Positions 50,203 through 63,039 of a stretch of DNA of 64,000 nt are shown piece after piece. The first letter of the stretch is position 1. Every line of letters begins with the position of its first letter. The stretch covers positions 62,001-126,000 of the forward strand of contig RHPI01003536.1 in the NCBI GenBank assembly GCA_009103225.1. The letters run 5' to 3'. The notes beneath the pieces were generated by a model. It ran no database searches and had not been told where the DNA came from. It saw nothing but the letters and a program-made list of their open reading frames with translations. This DNA comes from Chlorokybus atmophyticus (taxonomy: Eukaryota; Plantae; Mesostigma and Chlorokybus algae). Both the position numbers and the translations under genes were made by a program.

Positions 50203-51226
50203 AGTTGTGTATGATGGCTTGCTGTCTCTGCAATCGGGAACCATTGAAATGCGTTGGGTTGGTTTGCCAAGAATATGAAGTAAGCTTATGAAGTGCTTGT
50301 TGAGGCTTATCAGCCAATGTGTGGCGACCAGAGCACAGTAGTGTTACGTGTGCTGCTTCGCAGTGCAAAAAAGTCAGGACGCGGATAAGCAGCACTGAGT
50401 ATGAAGGGGCAAACGGTGTTGGGGGACAGTGAAGTGCCCATCACCTTTGGACACGAGTGTGCTGCAGACCCACCGCTCACTCCTTGTAGCTGTGGCTCAC
50501 ATGACTCTATTTGGGGGGCAGCGCAAGTGCGATATGAGCTTTATTGTCAGATCTCCTACACAGTTTCACCTTGTGTGCCGTGGCTGCCTGCTGACTGACT
50601 GACTGACACTAACTGTGGGTACGGAGTGCCTGAGCGGGAGTGCATGAAGTATGTAACAATGTGCCATGCACAACACATGCGTCGCCTAAGACGTGCAGTG
50701 ACACTAACTTTCACCTCAAACACAACTGGGCTAGGCACCAACACACTCGCTGACTACTTTACTACTCCTAGTCCTGACACTACCGCTACTGCCCAACCCC
50801 GTCAGTCATGCATGGATGAATAGGGTCACACAAGATGTGCCACTACTTCAGCTAGGCGTCAATGTGCTTTATGCGCGCAGGCACGTGCGGCACTTTGACC
50901 GGAGCGCTGTGTATAAAGATTTGAAGGGTTTAAGTGCAGGTACACTTGCTGTGGTTATTGCCTTGTACAAGCTACATCGACATTGTACAATGCAACAACC
51001 GCAGCAAGTGTACCTATCTAACTTGTACCATCCATAGTCGCCTTCATAATGCCTTTGCCAATGTGTGTAATCGCCGATCAGACGCAATGACAAACACCAA
51101 CCTACTACATGCATAATATTTCGTCAAACTTGCAGTCATATATACTCAAGGATTGTTGAGAGTATATAAAGAGTACCAGTTGCTAACAAACCAAAACCAC
51201 CAATTGCCACAGGATTGTCCCAGAGT

Positions 51227-52843
51227 CTACCCAAACATGCCCGGCATGCCTCCCTTCTCAAGGATCTGAAGTCCAAACACCACAATCCCCGCACCGAGTG
51301 CCAGGTACGCCAGCCCCTCGATCGCCCCCAACAGCCCGTATGGCCCGGGCGGCAGGCCAGTGCCGGTTTGCGCCTGTCATATTGTAACAATATCAGACAG
51401 TAGTTGATTGCATTGAAGAGTCGGCGAGATTTCAAGTGTAAGAGCTCGTTGGAGCGTGAGAGTGTGAAGGTGCGCACGCCTGCGCGTGCATGCATGACAT
51501 GCTTGGCGTTGATGCTGGTCACATGATGCACGTGTGCGTGCATGTGTGTCATGATGTGGTGGTTATCCCTCACCTTTGTGTATATTGACCACGCCACAAG
51601 GCCCACAACCACCAGGTACCCGATGCCCTCCGCGGCTCCAAGGATGCCAAAGGGACCAGGCGGGAGACCCTCACCTGCATGCCACAGTGGTTACGAACGC
51701 TCATCCCAACATACGTGCAAAAAGCGCATTCAAACATATGAGTACGTTGCGTATCTGCAACAGCAACACATGCAGTTGCTGGTTGAGTGCCAGTATGATG
51801 CGCAGATGCAAATCTGAACTCTATGAGGAAAGATGGTTGTGTCGGGGTATGTGCACGCCTAACAATCAACACAGCATGGCTTGGTCTTGTGCGTGAGGGT
51901 GTGTTTGTGCAGGACCAGGCATCTGGGTGTGCGGCCACGCAGTTGTGCGTGTGCACACGGGCGCCCACACACATGCGCACGCAAGTGTGTGAATGCCTGC
52001 TCATGCATGTCTACGTGTGTGTATGTGTGGTTATAATAAATGCGCGTATGCCTGTGTAGACCTACATGTGCATGTGAGCACGCATGCACGGGCGTATACG
52101 TGCAAGCGCGCATGCACGTGCAAGCACATTTGTGCGCGTGTGTTGTACGTTGTATGTGTGCAACTTGTGCTTCCTTTTGACCTGTTATGCGCAGCTGCCA
52201 TTCGGACCACAACACGATGGGCAAGAAGAAGCCTCCTGCGGCAATCCCCGCCCTCTCTTGCGCGCTCACATCCTTGGCAACTGTCACCAGCGGCCTGTGC
52301 AACGCATGATTGATATGAAACATTGCTGATGTTCGGGCATGCCACAACCACTCATACCAAAACCCACCTGTTGCTTGATTGAGACTGGCGAAACGAGGAC
52401 ACGCGGCGAACTGGGGCAACACTCATGGTTAGCCAATGTGTTGAGTATCATCGCAGTGTGGCAGACAGGAGTAACCAACAGAGAAAGCCATTTTTGTTGA
52501 GGCATGTGTGACTCAAGTATATTTGCGGTCCTTGCATGCACGCTGTGAACGCATGCATGACGTTGCACGACGCATGGCCGCAATTACAGCATTACACACT
52601 TCAGTAAATCATGGCATGTCCTCAACACCCCATCATCAATAGGACAAACACACCGACAATCGCACACACTTTCCAACACACACGCGCACGCATGCGCACA
52701 AACCACACGCACACAATGGTCAGAAGCTTTAACTTACCTGGCTTGCCAGCAGCAGCGGCGCCGCGCAGGAAGCTTGAGTGCCGGCGTGGTGCAATACAGG
52801 AGGAGGACAGCACGCACGTCGTTGCCATTGCGGCCGCCGCCAT
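51227..52843 (-). CDS. Conserved small chloroplast membrane protein with duplicated GLPxGPxGxLGAxEGxxYL repeat (At3g50685-like)
   Basis: Transit-like N-terminus; GEGLPPGPFGILGAAEGIGYLVVVGLVAWSIYTKV and GTGLPPGPYGLLGAIEGLAYLALG. Confidence 0.75.
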
Positions 52844-53566
52844 CGCCGCTGCCGCCGCTGCTTACCACAGCCACAAGTACGCAGCGTTAAGACACTGAAT
52901 GCAAGTGCATTCAGTGTCTGAACTTACCTTCACGTGCGCCTTAACGGCTGCCTCCACACATTAAAGCACTGAACACGCTTGCTTAATGCATTATGGCAGC
53001 ACTGACTGCATTAAACTACAGACTGTACTGTATTAAGCTACAAGGCATCAGCAATAAGCCACATACAGTTGACGTCTGAGGCTGCCACGTGGTGTGGGCG
53101 GCGGTGGGAGGGTTGTCCGACATGGAGCAGGGCGGCGGTAGGGACGCGCTGGCTGCTGGAGGGGGCGCGGTCAGGCGCAGTCCCAGCAGGAGCGGCAGCG
53201 GCAATGCGCTGGGTGGTTCTGCTCAGGTACAGCCAAACTCTTGACTGGTTCGCTAATTCAACTCCATTGAAATCAGCATCGAATTCACAATACAGACTAT
53301 GATAAACAATGTATTATCATCGCTACATGTGCGGTGTGCGTCAAGTCACCATTGCTGTGGCACGCTGCAGCAGTTTTGCAACACACCACGAGCAAACATA
53401 CGAGTTTCCTTTTGTTTTGGTACTTCAAAGTCCCTTTCTGTATCTTGTTAGGCGTGAAACGAACGTCTTGCACCAATAAGTAACGCTTCAGTTGTAGCAA
53501 ACACAATAGCGCTGGCTGCAGATGATGCAATCGGCGCCGGACGCGGAAAGGGCTCTTTCTCAGCAC

Positions 53567-55332
53567 ATGGCCAGTGCGCTGGACTTCACCGCCATAGACC
53601 AGATGGACCCGTCGTTGGGTGAGAAAAGAGACAGATGTGAATGTTTGCGTGCGTGCGAAACTGACGTGCGCGTGTGAGAGACGTGCATGTGTGGCGCTTC
53701 TCTTAGAATGCGGTGTGTGTCAACAAGTTGTTCAAACAGGCGACGGGTACCGGGTATTGTATGACCGTGAAGTGCCCGTGGAGATTCGCACAGGTAACAC
53801 GAGCCAGGACACGTCTACGCTGGAGCCCCTGCGAGTGAAGATTCTCATGCAGGTGTGCGCGCAAGCACGCACGCACGCACTCAGCCATGTATGCACTGGC
53901 GCTTATATACCAGCACGCGCACACCTTCTCTCTCTTACTCACCCAACCAATGTGCATGCATGCACACACACACACGTGCGCACGCACGCATTCTCAATCC
54001 AGACGTATGCGTGCAAGCGCGCGCACACCCACATCCGCACCCACATCCGCACCCACCCACCCTCACACCCATAATCCACTGGTCGCATGAGGTTGACAGT
54101 TGTACGGTTCTGCGCAGGGTGATGATACAGCGCCGCGATCGCTGCGGATAGAGCTGACCAGTGAAAACGATCTGTTCTTCTTTTACCGTCATGATCTGGC
54201 CGAGAAGGGCTTCAGGGACCTCCAAAACAGCCAGGTGAGATGACGAAAGTGTTGTTTTGATGCATCCACGCTGCAAATACTGTAGAGCCGCACTGACCAT
54301 GCTATTGCTTGGTAGAAACTGATGGTGGAGTTTCCTGACTTCCCTCAAGTGCTCATCCGCATGCTCAACCTCTGTGTGAAGGTCAGTCACACCCATACTG
54401 TCAATAGTCACAAGCAAAAATGGAAAGATAGTTGTAGTGTTGCAACTCGAGTTGTTTGAGCCGCACAAAGATGCTGCATCAACATTAGTAGTGGTGTGAT
54501 TGTGGGGTGTAGCCTTATGCCGCTCTTTGTAGGAGCCACATGCGCACTTGGCGCTTCTGTACATACAAAAGGACCTTGGCGTGCGTCTTGACTTCATTCA
54601 GGTATGCTCGTGTCTAGTGTACTGGGTAGGCAGCTACTGTACAAAAGTCTCAAGAGCATGCAGCATGCACTGTATATGTGATCCCAATGTGACGTTTCTC
54701 ACTTGTGTACTCTGCAGAACATGGAGTACAAGTTTGTAGAGCTTTTGTCATTACCGTTCCAGCCTGCTCCAGAGGACTCTGTGCGCAGACAGATTACATA
54801 TCGATACAATGCCACAAAGGTACGTCATGCGACCAATGGCACCTTGATAAATCGCATATGCACATATGTGTGCACGAGATGGAATGCTAGATTAGTAGCA
54901 TGCATGGTGTCAAGCACATGCAGTGTCATGCATAGCAGCAAGCACTCGGCACTCCGTGTATGCTCACATGAAGGCATGCGCATGTTCGTGTGCGTGCATG
55001 TGTCATTGACCATGTACATCACATGCGTATTGTGAATGAACATGCATAGAACATGCAACGAACACAGTGAAAGCAGAGCAACTCACAGCCACTGTAACCA
55101 ATTGCGTTCTAAGGTCAACCTCCGGGCTACACAACTGTGTTTATATGATTGGCTGCAGGCAAGGCTGGCTCTCATGCAAGGGCGCTTGGCCGACGTCAAC
55201 GCGTTGGTAAAGATAAAAAACCCTTCTCTTCTGCTGCAACTGCACCGGCCGCCAACAAGCAACGCCAGCAGCAACAGCCAACAACACCACCACATGCTGC
55301 AGCGGCTACCCTCAGCACGGCGCATGTCATAG
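53567..55332 (+). CDS. SAS6L: SAS-6-like protein (SAS-6 head domain, no long coiled coil)
   Basis: DPSL..LYDREVPVEIR; LRIELTSENDLFFFY; KLMVEFPDFPQVLIRMLN; RLDFIQNMEYKFVELLSL; ITYRYN; LVKIKNPSLLLQL. Confidence 0.75.
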
Positions 55333-55704
55333 CAGCCAACATAACGCTCTGTTACATCAGTTCCATTGGCTTAAGTAGTGGTAAAAGTAGTATAAGATTG
55401 TATGATAGCAGGCTGAGATGAGACTGCTGCAGCAGCTAGTCACATCAACAGCCTATGTCAGTGCTGTAGGAACTATCATAATCTTTCCTGGACTGTAAGC
55501 GTATACAAAAGACACCTTGCAACACACTCGTCCACTGGCCTGCAGGCTATATGCCTTTAGGCCAAAGCCTTCTGCGCGCACGCATGCACGCACAGATAAA
55601 GCCCTTTCGTTTTGGTGCCTATAGAACAAGTTGACCACCCATGTTGGCCGCTCATTATATGGCGTACATGTAAGACATGTTCCCCACATGATCCTCTGTT
55701 CTGC

Positions 55705-56798
55705 TCACACCTTTTCACTATTGTGGTCGACAGGCTGTTCCCATTCCAGAGGCAAGATTGCAACAACTGAGCCATCCATTACGCGCACACCCGTGTCCAC
55801 CTTCAAGCATTGCCCGTCAAACGCAAGCCTGTTGCAAAACAATGAGTGATGTAATAGTGATGCTCATCACGTTGTGCTCTTCACGCGCATGCACGCACGC
55901 TTATGCACTCACTTTCTGCCGCTGATGTGGTTGATGACAACCTCTGCCTTCAGCAGCTCTCCCACATAAACAGGTTCTCGGAAGCGGTAGTTCATTGACG
56001 AGTAGGTCACCCCTGGCTGCACATCAACAGCCATGCGTGTGCGTTTTGTATGAATGTATGGTTGCATGCATGGACACAACGCTTACAAACTGCGTGCAGA
56101 TGATTGCCGGGAACATGCTAGCGTACAGCAACTCATGCACGGTGCCCTTCACGTGGCCGTACTTTGTTGGGGCGGCATCGTCTCTGCGTGCACACATGTT
56201 TGGAAGGCCGACAGGCAAGCTTGCAAGGTGCTATCGTCATGTTAAGCCCACGGTTGTGGTGTCAAGCGCAAGGCTGTCACCAAGGGCTGCTTGTTCACGT
56301 GTGCGTGGGCGTGCATGAGCACACATGTGTCCAGCATGCACCAACAACTAAAAAGCACAAAAAGGAATCATCAAAACAGCATGACTGCTATACCTTGCGC
56401 CAATAGTCTCGACATGAACAGCTGCTGGTTGTCCAGCGCTGCTATGCATGCACAACAGGCAGACATGTATGCCTGCATTCATGCATGCATGCACGCATGC
56501 ATAAAGAAGACACACTCACGCGTGCTCCCACCCACCCACCCACCCACCCACAGCTGTTGGCTCACTCCCGCTCATTGTACCGAACACTGTCTTACAGATG
56601 CATTGGGTTCCAGTCGCCGCTGGCGGCGGCGTACTGCGCCACCTGCTCCGGCCCGAACGCCCGCTCCATCTCATACACCTCACCCACGTTCAGCAGCGTG
56701 CGCCTGGTGAAGCCTGATGGTGAAGCCGGCCTGGCAGCGTAACGCCGCGCCGCTGTCACCCTCCATGCTGACGCCCATGACGACGACGATGCCCTCAT
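55705..56798 (-). CDS. MaoC-like (R)-hydratase / hydroxyacyl-thioester dehydratase, divergent paralog 2
   Basis: SGDWNPMHL; VHELLYASMF; YRFREPVYVGE; same exon structure as the upstream copy. Confidence 0.8.
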
Positions 56799-57468
56799 GG
56801 CGATCGCCGCCTCCCTCCGCAACGGCACAGGCCAAACCACCAACAGGGCAGGCAGGCAGGCAGGCAGGCAGGCAGGTGCTCCAGCTGCTGCTTGCCTGCC
56901 TGACTAACCGATGGGTGAATGGTTTTGACTGATTGATGGGTTGGCTGAGAAGGGAACAACTGGTTTAAACCACTGCAGTGCGGTTGAAACAAGTTCATCG
57001 GAAGGCAACAGCAGGGAAAACCATGGCCCGCCATTGCGCTCGCAAGTGCGTACATAAGTCGGGAAGACCAATGCAGTGTATATAAGGGGTATGGTACGGT
57101 GGCAGCATGCATGGTGTGTATGCACATGTCCACCCAATGCGTAGCTATACCAACATGCCCAGCCCAGGCTTGATGATGCTTGCTCAGCGCTGTAAGGCAC
57201 CACCGACTAACTTGTGAAACTGTTCCCAAACTAGCAACACGTTTCACCAATGTTGATCACAACAAGTTCAAGAATTGACTCAGCATGCTTGGTGGCGTCG
57301 CCCTGCTTCAGTCAACGGTTGCCAATGCAAACGCTATGCATGCGTGAGCATGCATGGGCATGACACAGGCATAGAAGTGGTTGAAAGCTACATTGTAAAC
57401 TGAAAACTGTACACGCATTGTTGCTGTGCTGTGCTGTGCTTAGTGCTTGCTTTGCGTTCTCAGCTGTT

Positions 57469-57653
57469 CTAACCGTTGCCGTCCTCGTCAACAGGCTGCT
57501 CCCACTCAGGAGGCAGCAGCGCCAGCGCCGTGCCGTCCAGCACGCGAGCGCCAGTCTCGGCCTTGACACACTGCGTGTCAAACGCCACCCTGTGGACAAC
57601 AAAGACGCTGTTCATGCTATCCTAAGCACTGTGCTGATACAAGTAAGCAACAA

Positions 57654-57688
<35 letters not shown>

Positions 57689-58324
57689 GAAGGAGCAGCA
57701 ACAAGAAACATGCTGGCTCACTTCCTGCCGCTTATCTGGTGGATCGCCACCTCCGCTATGAGGGCGTCGCCCACGTACACAGGCTCACGGAACCGCAGGG
57801 TCTGGTTCAAGTACACGGCACCTGGCTGTGTGCGTAAAGCACACAATAACGTGCTCAGCATACAAGCACGATGAACTGGCAAACTTGACCGTGTCCGTGT
57901 ACGAGATGCTTACAAACTGCGTTGCGATAATGGCTGGAAACATGCCGGCGTACAGAAGCCCGTGCACAATGGGCTTGGCGTAGCCCTGCTCCATGGCAGC
58001 TACCTCATCTCTGTGACAGTACACAAACACACGCACAACCACAAGCATAAGTTTGGGAATGCGCATGCAACTGTCTCGACTTTCAGCCTGGCCATCACTA
58101 GCCAATATGCTACTGCTGCGTCCTTACAGATGGATCGGGTTCCTGTCGGCTGTGAGGGCTGCAAACTGGGCGACTTGCTCTTGCCCAAACGTCCTCTCCG
58201 TCTCGTAGACGTCTCCGATATTCAGCAGCGTCCGCCTGGTGAAGCCTGCTGGCCCGCCACCCCCGTTGGCCCCGCCGCCACTGCCAGCAAAGGTCGCCAG
58301 GCGCCGCGCCAGCGGCAGCCTCAT
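57469..58324 (-). CDS. MaoC-like (R)-hydratase / hydroxyacyl-thioester dehydratase (HTD2-like), paralog 1
   Basis: TADRNPIHL; PIVHGLLYAGMF; PGAVYLNQTLRFREPVYVGD; VLDGTALALL. Confidence 0.88.
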
Positions 58325-58817
58325 GCTTGGGCAAGCGCAACTCACCGGCTCAACGCCACTCGGCCTGGCCTGGCCTGGCTTGGCCTGGGTTGGCCTAGTG
58401 CAGAACGCCTTGATTATAAGCATACACGACACGTACGGCATGACCTAGCACCCAGCGAGCATTTTGCAGACAACCTCTCTTGAAGGGTTATTACTACATT
58501 GCATGGCGTATATGCTTATAGTAGAACCGGCAGATTGCGTCAGCTTCGCCACGTCTGCCCTACCATCTCGGCCACTATTGTGCACAATCGCAGTGTAGGA
58601 GGCGGAGGCGGAGGCGTGTAAAGACGAGGAGCAGGACCATTGTTTCCTTGTGTTTTCCTTACTTTCTTTACTGCTTGTCGGACGCCAGTGGTGGAGTTTA
58701 GCCGTTTGGCTGCTGCTGCTTACGTTGAGCTGTTGTGCCTGGCCTGGTAGACTGGTTCAGTCAGCCTTGCTTGTAGAGCATCAGCTCTGGGCTGCGTCAC
58801 GTGACGTCACTCAGCGG

Positions 58818-60953
58818 ATGGCACTGCGCTGCTTGCCGGTAAGCAGGCTACTGGGTCTTGGCAGTCAGGCCATGGATTATGTTGTGTGCGTATGTCTGTG
58901 TGCGTGGCCAGCTTGACAAAGCTCAAGCCTGGCTTGCCAGGTGCAAACAGCAGTCGCAATGGACTTGTCCACGGCGGTGTCGCTCCAGGCTGGTGGTGGC
59001 CAGCGCAGACAGCAGCACAGCTCTAGAGGCCTGACGTTCCAGGCTCCCACCGCTGGAATGTGCGTATTTGTTTGTTTACTTGCTTGCTTGTTGGGGGGAG
59101 AAGNNNNNNNNNNNNNNNNNNNNNNNNNNNNNNNNNNNNNNNNNNNNNNNNNNNNNNNNNNNNNNNNNNNNNNNNNNNNNNNNNNNNNNNNNNNNNNNNN
59201 NNNNNNNNNNNNNNNNNNNNNNNNNNNNNNNNNNNNNNNNNNNNNNNNNNNNNNNNNNNNNNNNNNNNNNNNNNNNNNNNNNNNNNNNNNNNNNNNNNNN
59301 NNNNNGGGGGGAGGGGGCTGTATGTATGTGTATGGCAGTGCTTGTGGGCGCGCGCACGCGCGTGTGTTGGTTCGTGCGTGTCTTGGTCTGCTCTCCTGTT
59401 TGCTGGTCTGCTCGACTTCAGGTGCCTGCGTATTTTGTTTGGGACTTGCTGGCTTTGCTGCTCAGCTGCTTGCCTGTTTATTTGTGTGTCGTGGGGTAAG
59501 TCAGTGTTGTTTGCTGCATGCCTGCGCATAGGAATTGTTGCTGCAAGTACGTCAACTACATACTGATTGTTTTATGAGTCCAACACAGGTGTCGCCATGA
59601 TCACCAATCGGTGTCGTCACTAGTCATGCACATGTACGTTGCTTTTTGGATTGCAATCTTGACTGAAGCAGACACGACTCTTGCAGAAAAGCAGTAGGTT
59701 CCAGTGGGTGGTCCTCCAACAAGCATGCGCAAAGGCTGTCTTTGTCGGCAGCACAGTATGACACTGCAGTCACTGAAGATGAGGCACAAGACCAGGGCGT
59801 AGTGGGTGAACAGCAGGAAGACTTCGGTGCAAGCAAAAGTGATGACAAGCTTACGGCTGAGTCCGTAATGGTAAGTGGAGGAGTACTCGTGCTTGTCTTC
59901 ATTGTGCTGTTGGATGCCTGAGAATGTGCGTGCCTCTTCTGCGCTTGCATTTGCCCACAGACTATGAAAACTGTGCGTGCTCTTATGAGAGCGCGTGTGT
60001 ATTTTTGTGTACCTGTGTCGGTATGTGTTCATGTGTTGTATTGCGCAGGTGGAAGTAGAAAAGACACAACGCAACGGCCGGCAGTTGCAAGCGACCATCA
60101 AAGTGGCTGCGCCACTGCGCTCAGTGTGGTCGTGCCTCACAGACTATGCAAATCTGGCCGAGTTCATCCCAAGCCTGGCGCAAAACACGGTTCTCCAGGA
60201 GCGCAGTGATGGTGCCCGCCTTGAACAGGCAAGCATGACATGCATAAGTATGTTGCTACTTGCATGCTACTGTTGATTCTGGTTGAGCCCTATGTCCTTT
60301 TCGCCTGCCATCATGCGCACACAAGTGTGCATGTGAGGTGTACACACGTATGCGTGGTACGTGCATTTGTGCACAGGCGTGTTGTGTGCGTGCGTAGTTG
60401 TGCCCTAGTGCATGTACGCATGTTCATCAGTAAGTGCACTTATAACCATTCTTGCAGATTGGTGAACAGTCAGTTGCTTTGGGCATCAAGTTTCGTGCTC
60501 GGGTCATCGTCGACGTCCAAGAGTCAGCACCGGCCACTGAAGATGGCAATCATGATATTCGCTTCGATATGATTGAAGGCGATTTCCAAGAGTTCTCTGG
60601 AGTATGGAGCATGGAGCAGGTTTGCAACACTCCGCTGGGTTTGTTACTCGCATGCTCTGTTCTCACAACTCACAGTCCTAACATGCTCGGAACTTTTTAC
60701 AGGATCTATCTTCAGGAGAGAAGCACACTCTTTTGAAATACTCCGTGCTGGTGAGTCAGTCAACTGTCACAGTTGCGCTTCATGCACGTTGAGTGTTACT
60801 GACGGTTATTGCGCGAAGGTGCGGCCGCAGAGATGGCTGCCTGTGGCTCTGGTGGAGGGTCGAATAAAGCGGGACATGCAGACGAATCTGGTAGCTGTTG
60901 CAGCCGAGGCTGTTGCGCGCGCGAGGAACAGTGACGGTGTCCGTGTTGCTTGA
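58818..60953 (+). CDS. Polyketide cyclase/dehydrase (SRPBCC/START-like) protein; spans a gap
   Basis: ATIKVAAPLRSVWSCLTDYANLAEFIPSL; IRFDMIEGDFQEFSGVW; VRPQRWLPVALVEGRI. The start is approximate. Confidence 0.85.
59104..59305. other. Assembly gap
   Basis: N run. Confidence 0.99.
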
Positions 60954-62431
60954 ACATGGAGCATTTCTGACTTTTATGATTAATTACATCAACCTGATGG
61001 GAACAAGTGAGACACCATTTTTACGTGCTGCATGCGTGATCATGAAAACGAGCTGCAGCTCTGCAATGGCAGAGCTGTCATCATGGGAGTTGTGACTTCA
61101 TTACCAACATGCATACTATTCATACAGCATTTAGTGGTTGCTATTGCATGATGGCTTTGCATGTGAAGAAATGTTGCTGTAACACCGCATCTTGTTTGTG
61201 TAGTGGCACACCAGATTTAAAGTTACAACCTCTTCCTATACATACACAAGTGGCATGACGTCCAAATAAGCAAGCAACAACCACAACAATAACAACGTGC
61301 AGTGGTAGCGTCAGGCACAAATTAGCGTCAGTGTTACGCACCATAATCAAGCAACAACCACAACAAGAGCAATGCGCTGGGCCTGACAGCAGCACACCGA
61401 ACAAAACAGCCAGCAACAAGACGGCTCCGCCCTGGCACAGCAGCGCCACAGTTAGTGAAGTGCTAAGAAAGAGGCTACATGATTATGCCATTTTATCCGA
61501 TACCACTTTGTTGCATTTGAACACATGATGTGCATTCAATCTTCGCTCCCTAATAGCCGGTGGTGGGAAAAGGTAATTGCCATGGTCGGGTATGGTTAAA
61601 CAGTAAGCAACACGCAGCATGCTATCAACGATTCAATCATAGTACATACCAACAAAGCCAAGACAACGTCATATGACGTTATTTTATCACAATGATAAAT
61701 TATTCATTACAAGTGTTGAATGCTTGAGAGTATGAAACCGATACCATGATGTCGTTGACCACACCTGACGTACCTTGGCGTATATGTTGATGCACGGGTG
61801 CTGTTGAACATTTCATTTCCATCAACAATTAAAGTGCAATGAAGCGTACCACTGTAAGTGTACAAACATCTTAAATCATGTATGATAACAAGACTTATCG
61901 TAATATGCTGGCTAATTTTTGCAATGCCAACCCTCGGCACGCACTTCTCCATTGCACTCCATGTGCGCCCCATTGGGCACAGTCGACATTCCGATTGTCC
62001 GAGCCGATTTCGTTCGTCAATTGCTAGTATCTTATCAACTCATTAATTGCCAGCGGCGACAAGACCCATCAGCTGCCAGCGCTTACATCCACCAGTTATG
62101 TAAGGGTTGATGGCGGCAAACTGCGCCAACAGCTTTCATAAGGCAACCGTAATGCGGCAATTGCCAGTGAGTTGCAAGTAAGCGGATTGGCGCGAAAGAG
62201 GCGGTGGCACACTCAAGACTGCCAAGCCTTCACCAGACCAACATAAACCGTGTGCATCCATATGCAAGGACAGTGCTATGACACACAGCAAAGCCAAATA
62301 CACACGAGGTTGAGGAAGGGGACGGCGGACACAAAGGAGAAGTCAGCGTTAAACTGCTACCAAGCAAGCAAAGAATAGTGTGCTAGGCCCTTCAGCAACA
62401 CTTGCGTGACGTGCGAAGCAGTGGCAAGAAA

Positions 62432-62917
62432 TGTTGACTACTTACAACCTTGTTTTGTATACTTTTATTATACTCTCAATGTTGCATCTTCCCACTCTTG
62501 TGCTCGGTCTTGCGTACGCGTGCTCGTGCTGTTCACGTGGGTGCGATCACTGCCCCCGTTTCTTGCGACGCTGTAAAGAGACTAGAGGGGGTGTGCCCCC
62601 TCCTCCCTTTAATCCCCTACCCCAACACCACCACCAGCCACGACGCCACCGCCGCCGCCGCCAGGGGAATCTGCCGGAGCAGAAGATCCCCTGGCTATGG
62701 CGGCCGCTGCGTTAGCAGCACCGCCATACGGCTGATATCGACATGAGACTCATGTCTCATGTCGATATCAGTGTTACAATTAAGTAACACTACATTAGGG
62801 CCTTAACACTAGGTTAACGGCCCTAATATGGCTTAATAGACTGTATAATCCCGTTGGGACCCTTATTTAATCCTAAATAAGGGCGGGGAACCTCTATGGA
62901 GGTAGCACACCGTTACA
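62432..62917 (-). mobile_element. Probable 3' LTR of a chromovirus (TGTAAC...TCAACA), hairpin-rich
   Basis: On the minus strand, PPT GGGGGGGAA is followed by TGTAACG at 62917, AATAAA lies near 62470, and the end reads ...GTCAACA at 62432. The left boundary is inferred, since the second LTR is outside the window. Confidence 0.55.
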
Positions 62918-63039
62918 TTCCCCCCCACTTAGGTTTCAATGTCCTCATTGAAGGGTTAGCAAAGCCCCACCACGAGTAAAGAAACGAAAGCAGTGAGAGA
63001 ACCAGGGCCGAAACGGTAAAGATGTCTGCCAGCACCCTT

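Noticed and set aside
62432-62446. TGTTGACTACTTACA resembling the first element's TGTTGACTTACA
   Set aside because: The match is short and in opposite orientation relative to each element, and TGTTG is a common LTR end, so it is probably coincidence.
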